From Octopus vulgaris (Eukaryota): DNA of 64,000 nt. The notes beneath the pieces were generated by a model. The model had not been told where the DNA came from and did not search any database. It was given only the letters and a program-made list of their open reading frames with translations. The translations under genes were made by a program, and so were the position numbers. Below are positions 54,425 through 64,000 of this stretch, one piece after another. How positions within the stretch are numbered: position 1 is the stretch's first letter; the number at the start of each line of letters is the position of its first letter. The stretch is from the NCBI GenBank assembly GCA_951406725.2, contig OX597816.1, positions 138,632,001 through 138,696,000 of the forward strand, read 5' to 3'.

Positions 54425-54863
54425 CAAATATGCATATGAAAGCATTCGTTAGAGCTGTCGCTTATTAGAACTCTTCCTTATCTAGTATACATTTTCTACT
54501 GAGATATCGTATTCATTGCTTTATTTCTGTTGGTCATTATCTGACATTCTTTATGATATATTTGCGGTGAAAGATCGTAGATCAAACATCGAATACAGAT
54601 ATACCCCAACCTACATCGGTAATAGGTTCTAAGACATGCGACTTAACTCGGAAAATGACGTACGCGAAAAATCATTAAAAGCAAAATTATTACCTCATAT
54701 TTGGTTTAATAAAATAGTTTATACATATTTTCACATGAATTTTATTTCATTTTATTTTTCACTCCATTTTGGTTTTTAAGTGTTCTTTTAATTTTATAAA
54801 TCGACTAAACTTGAGGATTAATTCTTAAAATTAAAAAAATACCTGTTTCTTGAAATAATCCGT

Positions 54864-54973
54864 AGTACTTAATATATCTGTGTCTATTGCCGAACCGCTA
54901 AGTTACGGGGTCGTAAAGACACAAACATCGGCTGTCAAGTGATTGTGCGGGGGACAAACACAGACACAAAGGC

Positions 54974-55040
<67 letters not shown>

Positions 55041-55196
55041 CACGACAGGCTTCTTTGAGTTTCCGTCCACTCACAAGGCTTTGGTCGGCTCTGGGCTACA
55101 GTAGAAGACACTTGCCCAAAGTGCCACGAAGTGGGACCGAATCCAAAACTATGTGGTTGGGAAGCAAGATTCTTACCACACATCCATGCCTGCGCC
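54864..55196 (-). mobile_element. SINE family A
   Basis: Reverse-complement match to the family. Confidence 0.85.
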
Positions 55197-55297
55197 TTTA
55201 CTTAAATATTATTAAGAATTTCACAAAATGAGAAACGACGTAGAGTCGAAATCGGAACCATGGAAGTTGTGATATACCTACTACTACTACTACTACA

Positions 55298-55589
55298 GGC
55301 ACTTCATCGGTTACTACGACGAGAGTCCCAGTTGCTCGTGAAATTAACGGACTGAGCACTCCACTGACACGTGTACCCTTAACGTGGTTCCCACGGAGAT
55401 TCAGCATGACAGTGAGTGTGACGAGGTTGGCCCTTTGAAATACAGAAACTACTCAATTTTGCCAGCTGAGTGGACTGGAGTAATGTAAAAGAAAGTGTCT
55501 TGCTCAAGGACACAACGCGTCACCCGGAATTGAAGTCACAACCTTACGGTCATGATCCCAATACCCTAACTACTAAGCTAAGTGACTTC
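55298..55589 (-). mobile_element. SINE family D, diverged
   Basis: Reverse complement of the CORE-like block and D tail. Confidence 0.8.
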
Positions 55590-56269
55590 CCTGGTATACC
55601 TATATACTAATAAACAATATTGAGCTATGTTGTATGTTGAGAAAGAGCTAAAGTAGCGAATTGTCCTTCTCTGAGCTCTTATTTCGTTTCTCTTACAGCC
55701 AAAAATAACTACTTTAAGTTTTTCATCCTGTGATTTTGTAAGTTCTTATAATCAATTAATAACGGCTTTTAATAGCAAGAAATATGAACAATAATTGGAA
55801 GGTGGGCAGTATTATTCATATAAGTACAATGAAATTGTAAGTCAACAATATGTCTCATCAGGTGATAAATAGATACAACTCGTTAAAATAACATTTCCGC
55901 AATGTATCTTCCCATTTCGTACAAAGAAAAGCAGCAAAGTGAAGGATATAACTTCATTTATATAGAAGATCAAGAATAAAATTCCAGATGCAAAAAAAGA
56001 AACGAACACGCAATACAGCGAGAAAAGTATTAAAAATAACCGTTAACAGATATGGATGCATAAACGTCTTCGCGCAAGTTGCATAGCGCGTGCACACTCG
56101 CTCATACAAGCATCCACGAAAATGTAAGCTTACGCACACGTATGGTTTGGTGCACTCACGGTCACAAAACGAGTTAAATAGCCACTTGGTGTTTATAAGA
56201 ATGGGGAAATTAAAGCTAAACTTAATTCATCCACACCTTAAAATACATTATGATAACAGTTACTCAAAG

Positions 56270-56760
56270 TTATTCGCACTGCATTGTGCGAAAGTACATT
56301 TATATGCGTGTAGCCATCTTGAGAGTCTTTCAGAAATTCTATTAATGATCTTCTCATTGGTCCACAAAATAGACAGTGATTCCTCGGAGCAGAGTCGGCA
56401 TCTCCTGGTAATGATACTGTATGGTTTTGCTGGCCTTACTATGGACCAAGTTATGTTGTGCTTAATTTTACCTTCCTTTAGTCACCATACAAAATCGGCC
56501 AAAGATGTTGAATGTTTCTTATTGATTCACTTGAAGCTGGCGACAATATAAACATATAGCCCACCTCTTGAGTGCACGGTACATTTATATACAAGATTTG
56601 TACTCATACAGAGGTTCATTAATGGGCATTTTGACTTTTCTCTGCATGAGCATTTATCATATTTATTTCTATATATGGCAGTTCTGACTTCATTTTCTGA
56701 CGTTGTTACCATGTTAGCTATATCAAAAGCATTTCTACTATTACAATTTGGCCGTAATTG
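56270..56760 (-). mobile_element. Penelope-like GIY-YIG endonuclease relic (CxCx5C type, Naiad-like)
   Basis: CSCREKSKCPLMNLCMSTNLVYKCTV..VYI, KKHSTSLADFVW*LK..ITWSIV..AKPY..RRCRLCSEE..IINRISE..RWLH. Confidence 0.85.
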
Positions 56761-57529
56761 GTGCTTTTCATTGAAGTTTACATCTCCTGTTCGGAAAATG
56801 AGTTTTCGATATTACAGAAAAGATTAAAAGTATTTTATTTTGATCGAGTTAGTTTCTCGCTATTCTGAGTTTCACCTGTGGTTGCACAGTATCATTGGCT
56901 AAGTTACTACAAACAAACATACGCACACACACACAGACACACACACACAACACACACACACAAAGACACACACATATGCATGTATGTATGTATGTATGTA
57001 TGTATGTATGTATGTATGTATGTATGCATATATAGAACAATTTCAATGTGAAAGTCATGTACTTTTGAAAAACTGATATGTCCCTCCTTCTTTTCCACCA
57101 CTTTTATATGCCTCTTCTTTCATATTTTCGTTGCGTGTAGTAGAAAGATTGTCCTTAATTTTCTATCATTTTAACCGCCGTGAGTTCCGTCTCTATATGT
57201 GTTTAAACTAAACAATGTTGTTAAGCAACGTGCCTTAAAACTTCCAGAATTGCAGCCAGGATTAAATGTCCGCTGTAAAGAGAAACATTAAAGGACACAT
57301 AAAATAATCATTGATACACAGCGAAAGTGTAAATTTATGACTGCACAATATATTTATTACATTGCAGAAGATTTCAAATGAGATACCCGAACAAACTCAT
57401 TATCTCCGCTTATTTGCCCAAATTTACAATTCATCGACAATTAATATGAACTCATTCTCAACAATTCGCGTACTTCTGCTTCACTTACGTTACCGACCAT
57501 AGCGCCATCTAACCGAAAACTTGTCCACC

Positions 57530-57588
<59 letters not shown>

Positions 57589-57755
57589 CAGATAGATAGA
57601 TAGATAAATAGATAGATAGATAATATATACATATGTGTATATCTGTACACGAATAATTGATGGATGAGAATATTTTAGACACCAGTATGTAATAAAATAT
57701 TTCTGCATTCACGGAAAGAAATGTACTTGTATATGTGTGTGTGTATGGACGTACT

Positions 57756-57849
<94 letters not shown>

Positions 57850-58143
57850 CATCTATCTATCTATCTGGAAACTGAAGAAAGGGGTTTTGTTCCAGGACAG
57901 GGCTCCAACACACGTCCTAGGTTTCAGTGGCTGTTGTGCATAACTGGTTTGCATACATACACACATATATATGTATATATGATAACCCAGTAACAACCTG
58001 CCGCATGGTCGAGACGTCAGCGACTGAACTGGCGTAACGCTACCAATCGTGCTTAATAAAAATGGAGGTATTCGTTTTATTGTCGTTCATAGAGTTAATT
58101 TAAATTATACATATATATACACATGTAAATACATAAACTATAC

Positions 58144-58174
<31 letters not shown>

Positions 58175-58296
58175 TGTATGTATGTATGTATGTATGTATG
58201 TATGTGTGTATGTATACAAGTGAGTGGACAAACGAAAGAAAAAGGCACTCAACAGAAACCTGGCTCGAGAGGGCTCAAATTTCTGAATCACACACA

Positions 58297-58349
<53 letters not shown>

Positions 58350-58995
58350 GTATGTATATATATATATGTATATATATATACATATATATATATACATATA
58401 TATATACATACATATACACACAGATATACATATATATATATATATACACATACACACACACCTCTCTATATATGTTTGTGTGTGTGTGTGTGCGTGTGTG
58501 TGCGTGTGTGTGCGTGCGTGTGTGTGGATGGATGGATGGACGGATAGATGGATGGATGGATGGATGGATGGATGGATGGATGGATGCATTCTTTCTTTGG
58601 CTTCTCAAGTCTGATGGGTCTTAGTGGCACCGCCGTCGCATTCGGTGTTTGTTGGGCATTTTAAACCCGGTGGAATCCATCATTCGCTGATTTGAATACA
58701 TCCGATTTCTTCCATTGTAACAGAGAGAGACAGACAGGCAGACAGAAACAGAGACAGATAGACAGACTGCTAGACACGCTGAAAATCAAACAGAGGGTTA
58801 GCCGATGGAGAGAAGGAAAGATGGAAGAACCAACTCACTGCTGGTCTGGTTGTACACCAACACCGAAGGGAAAGGATAGAAACAGAAGTGACTACGGTGA
58901 AACTGAAAACTCAGAGCACCAAGTCATCGTAACCACTCTGCTAACTCGCCCTTGTATGTTTACTCGAGCGTGTCACAGTTCAATAGCCTCGGAGC

Positions 58996-59027
<32 letters not shown>

Positions 59028-59933
59028 GTGTATGTGCGTGTGTGTTTGAGTGTGAGCACTCGCGTGAGTATCTGTAGGCATATGTAAATTTGATAACGCT
59101 TGGGATCTGCGTATAAGATTATTCCCGTTTATTACCTATAAATGCAGGTGTATGAGTATGCATCATGTGTTCGTGTGTGAGTGTATACAAATACACATAT
59201 GTATGTGTATGTATGTGTTTGTATATGTATGAGTGTCCGTCTTTAAGTCTGTTTGTCTATCAATTTGCTAATATTAGTAGACATGGCATGCTGTTTCGGT
59301 AATGCTAGGGAATAAGTACGGCGGGAAGCACAAGCGGAAACACTTGTCTAATTAATTAACAGAGAATAATCAAGGACTGATACCTGAAGATGTTGTTGTT
59401 GTTAGGCAAACACGTGCTTCAATGTGAACGTGCTATTCAAATTCCTGTTTGTGTAAGTTGGTCTGTATGTATCAGCGTGTGGTATGTAAACGTGTATAGT
59501 TCTGACACAAACAATCCATGTATGCTTCTATGCGCCTATGCGTGCGAGTACAACCGCATATATCGACACACACACACACGTTATATACATATATGTATCT
59601 GTATGTGTGTGTGTGTGTGTTTGTGTATTATGTATGTGTTTATGTGTATAATATTATTATTGTTTTTACGTATTATTTTTGTATTCATATTCGTGTAACA
59701 TCGTCCGTTTTTCCGTCCTTGTTTTGTATACATTCGAAGCTTTCTTCCAAGGTATCTAATGCGCTTAGCTTAGTTTTTCCTTGGGGCTGGCCTGATTGGT
59801 GCAATCTCAAGATTAATCATCCGAAATTGTGAGGATGATCCGGTTCTTGACTGAAGATTGAAGGCTTCGAATGTCCCATCCGTGTTTTTTGTATTGTCTT
59901 CTAAATGTTTTGCGTTATTGTCCCAGTTTGCTT

Positions 59934-59990
<57 letters not shown>

Positions 59991-60447
59991 TATATGCGAT
60001 GGTTTTGTTAAGTAGGGTCGATTTTTACAATTTTGTAAATAACAATAATAGTATTTTATAAGCTTAGATCCTTTAAGCGATCACCGCGCAATGACTAAAG
60101 AAACTAGTCTAATAATGGGGCATATAAGCCCTCTGCAGAAAAATGTAGGTTTTCCCGTACGCATGGGACTCGAACCCATACCTCTTTGTTTTCCTTCACC
60201 TCTACAACAAATATACAGTTAAAAATACACAAAGAAGGAATTGATTCGTGAGACCAAAATATCATTAATTTATTGTAAAGGAGTAGAAGCAGAAATGAAA
60301 AGGTAAATGATTTCATAGTGACCTATCCACATGCTCTTACATAAAATAAGTTCAAGTTGTGCACTGGAGTCGGAGTAATTGACCGTACCCCTTCTCCAAA
60401 ATTGCTGGCCTTGTACCAAAATTTGAAATTATTAGTGTGGCTGGAAA

Positions 60448-60660
60448 AGCGGCCAGCTGGCAAAATCGTTAACACGCCGTGAAAAATGCTTAGCGGCATT
60501 TCGTCCGTCTTTACGTTCTGTGATCAAATTCCGCCGAGGTCAGCTTTGCCTTTCATTCTTTCGGGGCCGATGAAATAAGTATCACACGAGTGCTGGCGAT
60601 GATATAATCGACTTGCAGCATTCCTAAATAGCGTTCTTGTATCAAAATTTGAAAGATTAT
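60448..60660 (+). mobile_element. SINE family B, diverged
   Basis: GCGGCCAGCTGGCAAAATCGTTAACACGCCG...TTCCGCCGAGGTC. Confidence 0.8.
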
Positions 60661-61211
60661 TTCTTTCTCAGTTGAAACTCAATACCTAATTTTTTTTTTT
60701 TTTGTTGCCGACCTCGTTCAATGGACTATCCGCTTAATACGTGGAGATTGGTATAACGGGGAATAAGTATTTAAGGTAGAAATATCACAAGGTATTTACT
60801 TTTGTCCGCTGTAGTCAAAACTCATTATTTCCAGGCACAACGTACATGATAGAACTGACAACAGGAACCTCCCCAACTGCTTTTCCTTTTTAAGGAACCC
60901 AACCCTAACCTTAACTGCAAAAACTAAGATTAGACTTATTAACCTCAAAAAATCAGACATAGGTGGAGTCAGTAAACACAAGCTAGAGAGAATTATTTCA
61001 AAGGTCAATTTGGTATCGTGCTTATCATTCTATAATAATAAATTAGTGATTTATATATATATATATGCATGCATACATACATACATACATACATACATAC
61101 ATACATACAGACAGACACACATACACACACACGCATATACACACACACACTGTACAAGGTAAGTCAAAAGTCACCCGACAGTAAATCAAAATTCCATAAA
61201 TTCTTAATTTT

Positions 61212-61449
61212 CTTTCTTTTACTTAAGTCATTTGACTGCGACCATGCTGGAGCACCGCCTTTAGTCGAGCAAATCGACCCCAAGACGTACTCTTTGTAAG
61301 CCTACTATCTATTCTATCGGTCTCTTTTGCCGAAGCGCTAAGTTACGGGGAAGTAAACACACCAGCGTCGGTTGTCAAGCGATGTTGGGGGTGGGGGGAC
61401 AACACATACACACAAACACACACACACACACACACACATACGACGGGCT
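61212..61449 (-). mobile_element. SINE family A, 3' half, truncated at the next element
   Basis: Reverse-complement tail ending at CGACGGGCT. Confidence 0.85.
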
Positions 61450-61757
61450 CATCGTGTCTCATCGTTTTACATTATAATTTTTCAAATTCATCGCGCAAGC
61501 GCAGTTTCAGTCGGTAGTAAATGAATATATGCCGAACTAATCTTTTAAAAATTGCTAAAATCATATACGTAAAATATAGGGTAGCGAGTGTTTTTTTCAG
61601 AAATTTCACTACCAGTGGCCTAGCATTTATAAAAGTCAATAGACAACATATAAAATAGTGTACATTTAAGGACAAGAGAGACTGAAATTTGAAAAATTAT
61701 AATGTATAACGATGAGACACGTGTTCGTCTCTTACTTATATGTTAGTACTATGGCGC

Positions 61758-61828
61758 GGTCACTGATGAGAAATTCGCCTAGCAAAATAATTTATTTGTT
61801 AAAAAAATTTTGAAACCTCGGTCTGACC
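61758..61828 (+). ncRNA. Type-I hammerhead ribozyme with intact core
   Basis: GGUCA-CUGAUGA-GAAAUU...AAUUUU-GAA-ACC-UC-GGU-C-UGACC. 5-bp stem I, GUC triplet, predicted cleavage after 61823. Confidence 0.82.
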
Positions 61829-64000
61829 AGAATAAAATAACAAGGTAAATTTTTTTAATTTTTCATTCCTTTTGAAGACTTCTCTTAAATGTGGTTTTGG
61901 TCGTTTTGACTACTTCTTCTAGCGTTTAAAACTGCTTGTTTAAGGCAGTTTCTCTTGTGTTTAAATGTACACTATTCTATATCGAGAATATGTTGTCTAT
62001 TGACTTTTTTATACATGCTAGGCCACTGGTAGGGAAATGTTTGAAAAAAAATCGCTACCCTATATTTTACGTATATATATGTATATATATATGAATATAT
62101 ATATATATATATATATCGCTTTGGGATTTGGTTTGCAAGATTCTTTATATGACTTCGTGTGTTGAAGCATATTCTGTTGTGTCTGGGGAGAGTCATTTTC
62201 TTTTTGTGCCTTATAATTTAACACACTCACCGGTAAAATTTCCACTTATTCCTTATTTTTATATTCTTAAAATTTTCGTTGCGCCTTGCAACCATTTCAA
62301 TAGTCTTGGCTCTGTCCCTTATTTACACTGCGTTCCTTTTTGTTTGTTTGTGCGCATGTGTGTGGGTCAGTATGTGTATGTGTGCTTATGCATGCATGCA
62401 TGTATGTATTTATGTACGTATGTATGCATGTTTATGTATATGTGTGTGTATGCATCTGTATATATGTATGTGTGTGCATCTGTATGTATATATTCTGCAT
62501 ATTCATGTGCTTGCATGTCCGTGTTTGTGTGTTTTTTATGTATGTGTGCATGCGTATGTTTGTATATGAATGCACCTCTGTCTGTGTGTGTGTTTTGCAA
62601 CTATGTACCATCCGTTTAATGTAAATAATGTAAATAATGTACATAATTCCTCATCTCTTCAATATAGAACTGTATTCTTGCTTTCACTGATGTAAGTCAC
62701 CATCTTTCTGTTACTACCTTTCCCTCAGACTAATACTTTTGCAACCTTCTTATTTTAACATATAATTCGCTCAACGCGCCTGTGGGGACATATAGATTTT
62801 TATTGAAAACCATTTAGCCTATTATTGAACTGAATGTTAGTGGAATATGTATGCAAGGTTTCGTAAATATTGGTTCGCTGGTTTAGGCACTAAGATGATA
62901 ACAGACAGAAATTGCCATTTATATATATAGATATATACATTTTTAATATAATTAAAAACAATTTTTAATATAAATTACCTCGTTTGAAAACTCTTAATTT
63001 TATATGTGTATATATATATTATATATTATATATATATGTGCCTGTGTGTGTGTGTGTGTGTGGAATGTTCATGTTTTATGCTTTTAATTACGCTTGTGCA
63101 TTGTTTTCCAGTAGACACACATGTAAAACCAATCCTGCAGGAGTTAAAGAAACATCTTGTAATTTCAGCTTCAGTCGATAATTCAATAAAAGCCTCTCCT
63201 ATCTTTCACTCACAACTGCCACCTAAAATACATAAAAAAAACACGTTACTAGCCTGAATACTTTTTTTCATTTTAATTATTTATTCTATTTTTTTGTTAT
63301 TTATTTATTAGTAGAACCAGTTCTGTAATCCTTAAAATAAACCGTTACACCGATCTACACCTCGTCTGCTGTGAATACATAATAAATAATTATGACTATT
63401 AAATATGATTTAAGGGTGTTCTGTTTTGTAAGCCATTTGCGAGAAATGTTAAGCTGTTTTCATTATCAACCATATCGTATATCAGTTGGAGAGATTAGAT
63501 ATTAATTCAACATGAAGGGAGTGAAATATAGTTAATCTACTTAGAACGCCGTCGTGTTTGCTCGTCCATTTCCAAGTCTGAAGTTGAATTAAGAGCAAGA
63601 AATAGTTTGTGTATTTTTCACAGCAACTCTGTAGCCAGTCAGGTTGTGTTTCAAATTCCTGGGTCAGGGTTTACTTAGTATAGATATCTGGAGCGCTCAT
63701 AGGTTATTAGCTCTGCTGTTGGTGTATAATTTTAGCCTTAATTTACTAAATCATTTTTACATGCTCATAGCATATACAGTAAGTTAGAGGGAAGCTTATA
63801 AAATATCCGTGATCGTCATACGGTTTTGATTTCCCTCCATATCTTTTGCAATTCCCTCGTTGAGTTATATGAGAATGTATGACTGCAACAGAATTTCGCT
63901 TTCATTTCAAAGTATATCTAAGGAATTTGCACATTTATCAGAAACCTGTGTTTTTGTAAGATTTAAGAAAACTTATGCTTTATAAACTGTTGCGACACGT

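Noticed and set aside
60055-60116. GAAACTAGTC palindromic half-motif next to (TA)n
   Set aside because: No recognisable CUGANGA upstream. Too decayed to call.
60895-60915. AACCCAACCCTAACCTTAA telomere-like run
   Set aside because: Only one perfect CCCTAA unit, so compatible with chance.

Overview
AT-rich eukaryotic DNA, very rich in repeats and almost entirely non-coding. The SINE families and the density of (TA)n, (TACA)n and (GATA)n microsatellites point to an octopus-like cephalopod genome (inference). Nearly all ORFs in the supplied track are microsatellite artefacts. The only host-gene candidate is a short N-terminal frame running off the left edge on the minus strand (102->1). The rest is a mosaic of five tRNA-derived SINE types, CR1/L2, R4/Dong and RTE LINE fragments, a Ty3/Gypsy RT relic, Helitrons, mariner/hAT/piggyBac-like relics and two Penelope-like GIY-YIG endonuclease relics. 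The main hidden signal is a set of at least a dozen short non-coding elements, mostly docked in (TA)n tracts, carrying minimal type-I hammerhead ribozyme motifs with palindromic or near-palindromic stem III. They are arranged with terminal direct repeats or long inverted repeats, as expected for non-autonomous Penelope-like or retrozyme-type elements. The best examples are 61758-61828(+), 40128-40180(-) and 39429-39466(+). All calls were made by eye; no folding or database search was run.
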